A stretch of 64,000 bases of DNA from Camelus dromedarius. Lineage: Eukaryota. A program made the translations under genes and the position numbers. Each line of letters opens with the position of its first letter. Within the stretch, counting starts at the first letter, position 1. The stretch is from assembly GCF_036321535.1 (NCBI RefSeq), contig NC_087458.1, positions 6,014,001 through 6,078,000 on the forward strand, read 5' to 3'. This document shows, in pieces, positions 44,825 to 55,870 of this stretch. Below the pieces are notes generated by a model, which worked only from the letters and a program-made list of their open reading frames with translations, did no database searches and was not told the DNA's origin.

Positions 44825-47120
44825 CTAGACTTGGATGAAGAGTAGCCCAGTGAGCAAGGCAAAGCCTGTTAGGAGCAGAATGACCTTGAGGATCCTCTGC
44901 TCGGAAGTGGCCAGCTCCTGGGGCAGGATTTCCAGGAAGGTGATATACAGAAAGGTGCCAGCCGCCATGCCCTCCAGCACAGACTGGGCCAGCTGGTGCA
45001 GTGGCCCAGCCGACTCTGCCAGAGCTGCCCCCAGCCCAATGCCCAGAGGTGTCATGCACGAGAAGAGGATCCCACAGCCAGCCACCACCTGTGCTCGCAG
45101 GTGGCTCTGCAGCAGCCGCAGGGACAAGCTAACTGCCAAGATACCCTTGTGGAGCAGCAAAGCCAGGCACAGCTCCATGGCCCGAGCCCGGTCTCGCTGC
45201 AGCCCCACCGCCAGGCCCTCGAATACTGAATGCAGGGCCAGGGAGAAGACCAGTACACAGGCACGCAAAGCTGAGGGCGCTGCAGGGGTTCCACCTGGCT
45301 GTGGGACCCCCGGTCCATCATGGCAGTGCTGTGGCCCACCGTTCGTTGTTCCCAGCAAAGCCCTCATCTCCTCTCGAGGTGGTGGTCCCGACTGCTCTTT
45401 GTAAGCCAGTGTGATCTGCTCCATCACCAGGACCAGGAAGAAGCCCATGGCCAGGATGAACTCTTGTAGGGGAAACTGGAGCTGTGGGCAGAGGGGGCAG
45501 CATGGAGTTCAGGAGATAGGTCAAGAGTGGGGAAGAAGAGTCAGATGCAGAGTCTAGGGGAGTCCCAGCTACACAGATTTGGTGTCCCACACAGACAAAA
45601 CCACTCTCGTTTACACAGAAATACAGAGACACTTGGTGCCATAGACACAGAATGATACACAACCTTATGGATTTTATGGTGTCACTGACAGTGTTACATG
45701 TGGACTATGGTTTCTCAGCTTTGGCACTATTAACATCTTGGATTGGAGAATTCTTTGTTGCAGAGGGCTGTCCTGTGCACTACAGGATGTTTAGCAGCAT
45801 ACCTGGCCTCTCCCCATTAGATGCAGCAGCAAGCCCTCCCTCCCTGAGTTCGGACAACCAAAAATGTCTCCAGACATTACCAAATGTTTCCTGAGGGAAG
45901 GTGTGGGCAAAACTACCCGCAGCTGAGAGTCACTAATGTAGACAGACACAAAGTGCCACATGTAGGCATATAAACAAAAGGTCACACATTGGCCCATCTT
46001 TCCAAATGCTCACACACGGAGCCAAATACTGTCACGGGACAATCAGGGTTACACACAGTCACAAAGAGACACAGGTCACTCAGTCACAGGCACACAGAGG
46101 GTTATAGTCAGTGTTACTTCCTCAGTTCCCCCAACTGTCTCAGTTTTTCCTGTGGAACTTTCCTATGCCTTGGACTTCATCTTCCCCACATCCTACTTCC
46201 TTGGGCTATAGCCTCTTTGGTCAGCAATACGAGGGCCCTGGGAATTGCCTCCTAGCCTTTCCAGGCCTGTAGAGACTTTTATCCCCAGCCCTTCAGGAAA
46301 GCAGTGAGAGGGTGAAGATGATTCTTGGAGTGCTATTAACTTCCTGGAGGCTGGAACTAAGGAACTGCCAGAGTAGGTCACACACCTGGTAATAAGGTTC
46401 CTCACACTGTCTCAAAGGGTACATAGGGGCACACAGGACTCAGGGTTTGGGGGGGAGGAGAACCCACAGAGAGAGTTAGGCTCTGTAACTAAAAACCACA
46501 ACTCATAGGGTCACATGCCAAGAGGCTTCCACACACTCATGGCGTGACACATGAAGTGATCCATACAAACCACCTCTCCTAGAAGTATGTGATGGAACAC
46601 CCACATACACAGGGTCACATGCAGTTGATCAGGACTTACCGTCACGTGCAGGGCCGCCAGAGCCTCATCTATGGCAGCCAGGTAGTCAGGCAGCAGGTCT
46701 AGGAGACATGTGGCCAGAAAGACACCACCCGCAAAGCAGCTTACTAGGCTCAGGGCTTTTTGGCGGGAGGCTGGGCAGGAGTGGACCATAAAAGGGAATG
46801 AACAAAGGAACCCCCTTTAGACCCCACTATTCCAACCCAAGCAATGGTCACTCCCCTCTTAGGTCGCCTTCCTTAGTCCCAGAGCCTCCCCTATCCCAAG
46901 CATCCATGGCAGCAGGGAAAAGACAAGGCTTACCTGAGGCTTCAGCGTTAGCTCCGGGCCGGCGCAGCACACAGATGGGCACCAGACTGCAGATGAGAGT
47001 GAGCACCAGCAAAAGCACCAGGGCCCCCAACTTCACCTCCAGTCCCACGGGCACCGGGGGCTCCGAGGCCACTGCCTCGGGGCGCCACACCAGGAGCTCT
47101 GGCTCTCCCCAGGGCCCCAT
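44825..47120 (-). CDS. SLC39A1: Zinc transporter ZIP1, 324 aa
   Basis: Exons 47120-46934, 46770-46640, 45481-44825 total 975 nt. MGPWGEPELLVWRPEAVASEPPVPVGLEVKLG...ZIP signature ALHSVFEGLAVG...LLFIQV*. Start context GCCACCATGG. Non-coding exon 1 ends at 47867; exon 2 starts at 47152. Confidence 0.98.
45706..45935 (-). mobile_element. MER20 (hAT-Charlie MITE) in an SLC39A1 intron
   Basis: ggctgtcctgtgcactacaggatgtttagcagcat...caaccaaaaatgtctccagacattaccaaatgt is reverse MER20; 8-bp flanks ATGTGGAC and ATGTAGAC (7/8 identical TSD). Confidence 0.9.
46771..46840 (-). ncRNA. Candidate 5'-tailed mirtron hairpin, at the position of human MIR6737
   Basis: The last 70 nt of the intron (TTGGGTTGGAATAGTGGGGTCTAAAGGGGG...CATTCCCTTTTATGGTCCACTCCTGCCCAG) fold into a stem that ends at the 3' splice site. 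Similarity to hsa-mir-6737 is from memory; expression is unknown. Confidence 0.45.
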
Positions 47121-47599
47121 GGTGGCTATGGTAGCTCCAATGACTCTCAGACCTAGGAGGACAGAGTGAGTGGGGGAGTGGTCACTTAGGAAAGACGGGG
47201 CCAAGGGAAGGGGAAGGCTGGTCAGCAGAATGCAGGTCCCTCACCCCAGCAGCTTCACGATCTTCCTTAACCCAGTATGACTCATCCAGTCCTGTACTGG
47301 AAATACTCCCCTTTCCTCTCAGACTTTCCCCCTGTCAAGTGACTTATTCAGGGACCCAGCAAGGGGGAAACTGAGGCATGAGGACTGTGTGGATATCTCG
47401 TTTTACCCTTTCACCCAGAGCTCCAACAGAACTAGGGAGCTGGGGTGCTCTAAGAAAAGTAGAGGCCAGGCTCTCCTCTCCAGGAAGGAGTGGATGAAGC
47501 GAGGGGGGTTGGGGAGAGATGTCGCGGGTAGCTTCATGGACTACCTGAGCCAGACGAGTTGGGGTGCTGGATCACTCTCCGGCTCCTATTTCCCCAGCG

Positions 47600-48200
47600 C
47601 CATCCCCCTGAAAGCAGAGTGACCACTTCACAGTCTGGGTCGTCTAGGCAGATGACCAACGAAGAGTGGCCCTAGGGGTCTGGGGTCCCGGGGCGGGCTG
47701 ACCCGACAACTGAGGGCGGTGTCTGGAAGTCCGGGCTCCAGGAGGCGGGGTCTGAGATCGCCAGCGTCCCGGGAAGCAGAAGAATGTGATAGCCGGGACT
47801 GGTTCGTAGGCCCCGGGAGGCCTGGGCAGCCTACCCCGATCTTGATTTCCGGGAGCCCACACTCACCTCTCGAGGGTCTCACTACACCGCATCCGCTCGG
47901 TTCCGGTGGGGAGTCGGGAATTCCCGCCCCCTCCCCATCGTTTCCCCCTCCCGCCTCAGCCGCCGCGTACCCGCCCCCGGCGGCCAATGACAGCGCTTGG
48001 AGGGCGGGGCCCGACTGGGAGTGACGTGATCTAGAAGCAATCAGAGACCAGCAGCCGGAGCCGGACGGAGGCGGAGACTAGCCGAGAGTTGGGGAGAGCA
48101 AGGAAAGGGAATTCCGAGAGGACCTGGGGGCTAAGGGCCTGGGGCTCTGCGGTGGATGTCTGGAGGGCGGAACTGGCGGGTCACAAAGGTTCGATCTTTT
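47600..48200 (-). promoter_or_regulatory. CpG-island proximal promoter and exon 1 of SLC39A1
   Basis: Donor GAG|GTGAG after 47867; GGGAATTCCC 47916-47925, GC boxes, CCAAT 47984-47988, TGACGTGA 48022-48029. Confidence 0.85.
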
Positions 48201-49411
48201 GGAGATTATAAAAGGGGAAGCTAGAAATCCCGTGGGCAAGGCTGGTGCTCTATATCCAACCCCCTTTCCCAAGTCTTCCGCCTACCACATTTTTAAGGGT
48301 ATCTGCCGGGTCTTGGGCCAAAGTTCTAAGACCCCTTCTGTGCACCTTGGCGCCAAAGGGAAAGCATTCCCACCTTAGGACTGACTTCCTTGCTTAACTT
48401 TCCTCGCTAGCACCCACAAGGGAAAAAAAAAAAGACAAGGCAGACTTGGAAAAGGGGGGTAGCAAAGTGAGGGTATTTCCTGAATATCAAACATTGAACT
48501 ACCAATGGCCCGAGTTGACTTTTGTGCAGCCTTCTGCCTGCAAGTTGGTAAAGCGGTGGGACCCTTCTCAGGGGTTGCTGGAACACCACTCAGAGAATAG
48601 TTTCAGTACACTCCAATTTATCATCCTTACCATACCTCAAGGCATCTGTCCAGAGTTCGCTCCAAAGCCATCTGGAATTCTCCAACTTCTCTCCCTCCAG
48701 CCCTCTTGGCCTCCTTTTTGTTTTCTGTTCCTTGAATGAACCAAGGTATTTTCGACTCTGGACCTTCAGTGTTTCCTTAGCCTGAATTCTCTTGGCCCAC
48801 ATCCCTGTGCTATCAGAATCCTCTTCTAGTCTCATGGGAGGGTAGGGCACAAAGGAAGAAAATAAAGGGGGCTTAGTCTGTTCTTTTTTGCAAAGGTGAA
48901 AAGGCCTCACCTGAAGAAGGGACAAGGTGATGCCTTTGATAAGGCTCTGGAAGGGGAGGCAACTTCCTTAAGAAGAGGGGCAGGAGGACATCCTGATGGA
49001 GGGGGCCTAGGAGAAAAGAATCATTCTTTTTCTAAGATCAGGGTATAACTGAAATGGGATATTTGTGTTCTATCATTTAATAAAAGAATAATTGTTGTTC
49101 CAAGCTCTTAATTAAAAGAGAAAAATTACTATTAGAGGCAACTCCAGATTATTCAAGGGAATATTATGCATGCTCTGGTCTGTCTGTGGCAAATTATGCT
49201 TTCAAAATTATTTTTAAAAAGATTATTGATGATTAGTAGCATTAACAAGGAATCATGGACTGGGAGTCAGGAGACCTGGGTTCTAGTCCCAGCGCTACCT
49301 TAATTTGATGTGTAATCTAAAGCAAGTCATTTTCTCTCTCAGGAGCTTGATAAATCAAGTGGAAGAAGGACGTTAGACTAGCCCACTTCTAACATTAATA
49401 GAAGCTGAATA

Positions 49412-49574
49412 CAGTCAGTCCTCCCTATCTGTAGATGCAGAAACTGTGAATACAGAGGGCTGACTATGCTCTGCCATTTGACCTAAGGTATTTGAGCATT
49501 TGAGGAATTTGGTATTCACGGGGAGGTGGGTGGATTCCTGGAACCTATCCCCTGCAGATAACCAGGGGCAACTG
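49412..49574. mobile_element. MER2-family (TcMar-Tigger) MITE, internally deleted
   Basis: TA|CAGTCAGTCCTCCCTATC ... GATAACCAGGGGCAACTG|TA: imperfect terminal inverted repeats with TA TSD. Confidence 0.85.
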
Positions 49575-50499
49575 TATATTTTCCACTTAATTGTCTCTAC
49601 ACATGCAGCCTGCAGGAAACTCTTTGAAACCTTTCTTGCTCTAGGAATGAGCTCAACAAGGACAGCTCTGCTTTCCTTGGAGCTCTGCATGAACCAGCTA
49701 TGTCTCTTCATACTTGAGCAGGATGCAGAGAGATGAGCAGAAAAGACAGTGGGAAAATTTGAGAAAGTCCCAGCAAGATAGCTTCCTTCGTATAGTGCAA
49801 AGAATATGGGCTCAGACATTCAAATCTTGGTTCAGCTACTTAGAGTAATCTTGAGAAAATTACTTACTCTTCTGCCAGCTGTGAGTTGCTATGAGAATTA
49901 TAAGAGTAACAGGAAAATGCCTGACATATATCAATTATTCAATAAATATTAGACCCTGTGCTTGTCTTTACCTCTAGCCCATTCAAATTTTCGAGGGAAG
50001 AATTGTGAATCCACATCCCAAATTTTTGTGCTTTATTATTCACTCAGCTATCCTTTATCTGAAGTACTGTTGGGGAGGCAGGCAGATGAAAATCATACCT
50101 CTATCAGTATAGCTCCGTTATTTTATTTCAAGTGAATTCCTGGGTCATCAGTCTCTAGACCAAGGCAAAATGTTCTGAGTTTCCGTATCACTACATTCCA
50201 GTTGTGTATCTCCGACTCCTCATAGGTAAAATCGGAAAAACATCACCTTCCCTGTCTGCCTCAGAGCTGTTGTGGATTAAATGAGGAACAATGTTTATGA
50301 AAACATTTTGTAATCTATACACATGCAGGATATATATTGCATATTGTTGGTAATTATTCGCAAAAAATAAGACAGATTCCCAAACCAAATCCAAATGATT
50401 TTTTTTAACCTTTTGCAGTTTTCTAGACCTTGTCTCTCCGTTAGTTAACAGAGTCCTGTGAGTGTGTATGTGTAACTGCTGTTCTTTATCAGTACTATA

Positions 50500-51354
50500 A
50501 TGCTTGGATAACAGATTTGGATAACACACGACTGCACGACTTTCCGCCCGCTGAGTCAAAGCTGTGTCACTTAACTTGGGTCAACAAGTTATTTATTCCC
50601 GGCCTAGGGTTTCAGAGTCACGTAGCAAGCGAAACTAAACCAAACTACCCACAATCCCGGAACTTTTCCCCGCTTCCCTACAATTTGTCTTCTGTCTCTT
50701 ACCCTCCCTTTGGTCCCGCTGAACCCAATCCCCGGGGGACAAATAAGAGCCCTGGCCGCATTGGCCTCAGGCCGTCTCTGACAGCCCATTTCGACCAGTT
50801 ACGGCGGAGCCTGCCTGGAGACGGTATCCCATTGGCTCAATGGCCTGCCCCTCAAAACCCCTATGTCTTTAGCTTCCAATCAGACTCAACCGTGGGAAGA
50901 CGCCACAGGGTGGGGGAGGGGATGTCTCTGTAAGGCTTGAGCAATCCTTGTGGACTCTTCCCTCCTTTGTTTTCAACCCCGCCTTGGCCTATGAAATTGA
51001 TGGCCAGAGAACACTCAAGCGTCCAGTGCTCCAGTCATCTCTATCCTTCCCTGAGGAGCCACTAAATCCTCAGGAAGATCTACTATCACTAGGAGAAACT
51101 CAGGCAGAAATGGCAAGGCTGCTGTTTCCCTTAAGTTCCGTTTGTGGACGCTCAGCGTCTTAACACTGCTCCCAGATACTGCGCCCCTATCGTGGCTCCT
51201 GGCTAGGTGCAACCCACATTCGAACTGTTAAGATTGGGGGCGGGGCTTGGCTAGGCAGGTCCAGGATGCGAGATCCTGGAGAAAAGAAAAGGTGTAGTGT
51301 TTGGGGCCATCAACGGGCTACGCTGGCTTGGCACGGCTGAGCTCTTCGGAACAG
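50500..51354. promoter_or_regulatory. Shared promoter region: CREB3L4 (+, non-coding exon 1 donor CAG|GTAAT after 51354) and a candidate distal SLC39A1 first exon (-)
   Basis: Moderate CpG enrichment, ATTGG boxes near 50760 and 50831, GGGGCGGGG near 51238, minus-strand donor AGG|GTAAGA after 50703. Confidence 0.6.
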
Positions 51355-51555
51355 GTAATACCCAGTGGGGAGCCTGTTGGTCTGAGCCAGAGATAAGGCT
51401 GGAGGAGAGAGCTCCGGGTGACAGGTAAGGGGGCTGCACAGGTGAGGAAGGGGGACAATGGAAGAGGGAGATGAACCCAGAAACTGTGGGGGAGGGAGGG
51501 GGAGAGCTATCACCCCATTTCTGCAACTTCCACCCCCCACCCTCCCTGCAGAAGC

Positions 51556-54500
51556 ATGGATTTCAGAACCCCTGACCTGCTGGATGTGTGGCTGGAGCCC
51601 CCAGAAGATGTCTTCTCAACAGGATCCTTCCTGGAGCTGGGACTCTCTCTACCTCCAGAGGGCCCAGTAACTAGGCTGCAAGAACAGGGGCTGCAAGGCT
51701 GGGAGTCCAGTGGGGGCCATGGCTGTGTGAGTGTGATGAATGGAGGTGGGTGTGGGTTGAGACACAACTCTGTAATAAGAAGTCCAAGACGCTTTAGCCT
51801 CCACTCAGAGAGGTCTGAAGACAGAGCCCCTAAAATAGACATGAGCTGTAACTCTCCACCATTCTCATGTCCAAGGACAGAAGGAACTGAAACTGAAGCA
51901 TGAAGGATCTAGTTTTGACATCGGATAGGACTTCCAGAATTCTTCCCTGTACACATATACACCCTCTTCTTCTGTAGGGTCTTCAAGAGAGTGAGTCTGA
52001 AGATTTCCTGAAGCTTTTCATTGATCCCAATGAAGTGTACTGCTCAGAAGCATCTCCTGGCAGTGACAGTGGAATCTCTGAGGATCCTGGCCATCCAGAC
52101 AGTCCCCCTGCCCTGAAGCCACCCAGTTCCCCTGCCCTCTATGAGGTTGTCTATGAGACAGGAGCCCTGGAGAGGATGCAGGAGGAAGCTGGGACAGCTG
52201 TAGGGTTCATTTCCATCCAACTAGGTCAGTGTTTATGGGAAGGGGACAATGGCCTTTCAGGTCCAGCCCTAAACCTAGGGTTAAGGGGGTTTCCCCACCC
52301 TGTGCCACTACTCAGGCCCTGCAGCCATCAGGGTATACCCTGCATCTCCTTTCTCCCAATCACCTATGTCTCCTTCAGATCAATGGAGCCCACCATTTAT
52401 GGTGCCTGATGCCTGCGTGGTCAGTGAGCTACCTGCTGACACTCATGCGCACATCCTGCCCAGAGCGGGCACTGTAAACCCAGTGCCTCCTGCAGCCCTG
52501 GTGAGTCTCGGGGGTCAGCTGGATTCAGTACTCCCTGATGTACAGAACTGGGGAGAAGGGGATGGGGGGGGAACTAATGCTGAACACTGTCTTTGCTCCA
52601 GTTTTTGTGGCATCAGGCCTGAATGCCATGGAGATATGGGCAACTTTAAGAACAAGAAAGGACAAGAGGGACAGAAGCCCTCAGGGGTAAGGTGGTAATG
52701 CCTCAGTTAAGGAGAGGGTGAGGTGAGGGAATCCAGGGACAAGGCTCAGGAGAAAGCCCCAATCTGTGTGCACTGTCTGCTCAGCCAGGGCAATTGTCTC
52801 AGCTTTGGGTCAGGACGTGGAAATGGGACAGGCCACCTGGATTCCAACTGGTTACTGGACACAGGGTGTAGAAGCAACTGCAACTAGGTTTATTACTGGA
52901 ACAATGTTCAGCAGGCACCCACTGCCCAGGGTTACAGTGTAGGGGGGTCACACATCACACAGCTTCCCAAGACTGGCTGGGCTGGTTCCTGCAGTGGGGA
53001 TGAGGAGGGGGCCTTGCTCAGGTCATTGTGCCTCCCTTTATCCTGGAAAGAACGCCTTGTGTGCAAAAGGCAGGGAATGGGTTCTAGCCTCCCTGCAAAT
53101 CTGTGGAAGCTACAACTGGACGCCAAGCCAAGCATCTTAGAATCTAGGCTGAGGAACCTTAAAAAGTCTGAGGCATCTAAACTTGACTATGTATCAAAAA
53201 CACTGGGGAGTCTGGTAATATTTTGCCAAATAGTCACAAGAGCAAGAAGGGAACATCAGAAAACAGCAAAGATAGAAGTGGTTTAGCTAAAAGCCAAAAG
53301 ACCATCAGGAGGCAAAAACAAAAGCAAATTCCTCTTAAGTCACAAAGTGAACCATAAGTCTTTCAAAAAGGAATACGAGTTAGAAAAGCAAGTTATTCAG
53401 TTGATAGGCTCAGCTTACCAGATACCATCTATTCTCCCCACATACTTTTGTTATGAGAAGTTGTTCAGTCTGGTTGCCTTTGGGGAATTCTTTGAGATGG
53501 GACAGAACTTCAGTCTGAAAAGGGGGGCTCAGACTCTAGGGGAGAATGGGCCCTTGCCCCAGGGATTTCCCTGTGGTTGACAGGTAACTGGATAACACTC
53601 TGCCAAATTTAATGGCTGAAAGTGAATCATTTGCCTGCTGTTAAGATTAAGCAAACCCTACCTTAGTGAGTTACTCCACATCCTCTTCAAATACCCCTAA
53701 GGTCTGGGGAGACGTGGACCAGAACAGTCCCTCCCTAGCTTGCTCAGAGTGCCAAGGACCTAAGTTGGTGGGCAAAGAATATGACAAAACCACCTCCCCT
53801 CTCCCTTGTCAGCCTCAAGAACTCCCTTTGGCTCAATCCAGAGTCTGTCTGAATTAAGGTCCCTGCCCCTCATCTCATTTCATGGTTTGTTATTCCTCAG
53901 TGTAAGAAACACTCTCCAGGAGGCATGCAAGGGGAACAGCCTGGGTACTGACAATGGCATGACCCTCTCTCCATTCTCATCTTCTCTTGTCCCCTACCAG
54001 CTGCCCTGTCCAACCTTGTTCCTGACAGATGAGGAGAAGCGTCTGCTGGGACAGGAAGGGGTTTCCCTACCCTCTCACCTGCCCCTCACTAAGGTAACGT
54101 GCTTCCCCAAAGAGTATCCCAACCCAGCAGCCCCTCCATGACCTCTGAGGAGTCAGGATACCAGGGGAGAGGTGGGGAATCGGGGGAGGTTAAGGGCTCA
54201 GGACTGATACACCCTGGGTCCCCAGGCAGAGGAGAGGGTCCTCAAGAAGGTCAGGAGGAAAATTCGTAACAAGCAGTCAGCTCAGGACAGTCGGCGACGG
54301 AAGAAAGAGTACATCGATGGACTGGAGAGCAGGTACGCTTGCCTCACATTGCTGGCTTACACATCTGGGCCCCCTTCCTTTACCAAGGGAGGTACGGTCA
54401 GGGGCTCACGTGATTACAGAACCTTATCCTACCTTTCCACACTCCCTAGGGTGGCTGCCTGTTCTGCACAGAACCAGGAACTACAGAAGAAAGTCCACGA

Positions 54501-55301
54501 GCTGGAGAGACACAACATGTGAGTGAAAACACAGTATGCGTGTTGGGGGAAGGGTGCAGCATACAGGGTCACCATTCTTGGGCCCTGGTTCCAGGAGATC
54601 TAACTCTTCATTCCGTTTCCCAGCTCCCTGGTGACTCAGCTCCGCCAGCTGCAGATGCTTATTGTTCAAACTTCCAACAAAGCTGCCCAGACTAGCACTT
54701 GTGTTCTGGTACCATTAGTTTATTTCCCATCTCTCCCTCACCTCCTCCATCTTCTGCCACATTTCCATCCTGACACCCCCACTTCCTAGCCATACCTATC
54801 TTCCCATCACTAAAGACCCCAACTGCCCCCTGTTCCCTTCCTTAATTGTTCCCACAGCCCAAGTGTCCTCTTGCTTCTTCCCAGATCCTTCTTTTCTCCT
54901 TGGCTCTCATCATCCTGCCCAGTTTCAGCCCCTTTCAGGGCCTACCAGAAGCTGGGCCTGAGGATTACCAGCCTCATGGAGGTGAGAGGCAAAGGCAGGA
55001 AGGGATTCTGTTTTCCAGGGTAGTCAAGAGGTGGGAGGGAGATCCTGTTCTGTCTAGGATCCCCCAACCAAGGGACCACTATACTACTGCCCTTTTCCTT
55101 CACCCCACAGTGATTTCCAGAAACATCCTGACTCACAAGGACATGACAGAAAATCTGGAGAACCCTGTGGTAGAGTCTAGATTGGAGGGGCCACCTGGGG
55201 CCAAGGGTGCAAATGGCTCAACACAGACACTGCTTGAGAAGGAAAGGAGGGCAGGGCCCAACAGACACATCAGAACTGTGCTGCACGCAGATGAGATGTG
55301 A
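51556..55301 (+). CDS. CREB3L4: ER-membrane bZIP transcription factor CREB3L4 (AIbZIP/Tisp40), 393 aa
   Basis: Exons 51556-51726, 51978-52224, 52379-52500, 54001-54093, 54226-54332, 54450-54518, 54624-54708, 54885-54981, 55111-55301 total 1182 nt. Basic region [31 protein letters not shown], leucine zipper, TM segment [12 protein letters not shown], site-1 protease RxxL motif (RNIL), C-terminus HADEM*. Confidence 0.98.
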
Positions 55302-55488
55302 GCTGTAACACTTCCTGGCCCACTTCCCATTCACAATAAGGAATTCAGGGCTCCGCTGTGGTCCTGCTTCCCACCTGGAATTCCCATTCAGGGTTCTCTG
55401 GCCTCAGGGCTCAGGATACTCTAGATGTCTGAGCTCAGTCTGCCTATGTGAGGGGGTACCTCAAATACTTTTGTTATGTATCTGTGGT

Positions 55489-55725
55489 TTTATTTCTTCT
55501 TTGGAGATAGGGTTAAGGGGAAACAGACCTTTTGGCTGAGAAATAAACTTTTTGTTTTTTTGCTGAAATTGTATCCTGGAAGTTTTAAGTAAGTAGTAGA
55601 AGACAGGGAAGATAGATACTTGGTAAACTGGAGCCTGAAGTTGCCACCCCTTTTCCTCTCTACCCCCATGACTTCCTGCTCCAAATCCAATTACAGTAGG
55701 GAAGGAAATGATTCTACTTTTTATT
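55489..55725 (-). terminator. Two JTB poly(A) signals: proximal AATAAA 55725-55720 and distal AATAAA 55494-55489
   Basis: Two TTTATT hexamers on the plus strand, about 150 and 380 nt past the JTB stop codon. Confidence 0.7.
55542..55547 (+). terminator. CREB3L4 poly(A) signal AATAAA
   Basis: AATAAA followed by a U-rich tract ctttttgtttttttg. Confidence 0.75.
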
Positions 55726-55870
55726 CCACTCATTAGTGATTTAGATGAGGAAGATGGGAGAAAGGGGGTGCCACCATAAGGTTCCAGAGAACCAGGGGCA
55801 TGAGTCAGTCCGTTCCACTTTCTCTGTCTGCAATAGGGTCTCTAAGACCCCATAAAAGGGGAGAAGGTAG

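Noticed and set aside
52889-52894. Orphan minus-strand AATAAA in CREB3L4 intron 4
   Set aside because: One hexamer with no identifiable transcript or retroelement attached.
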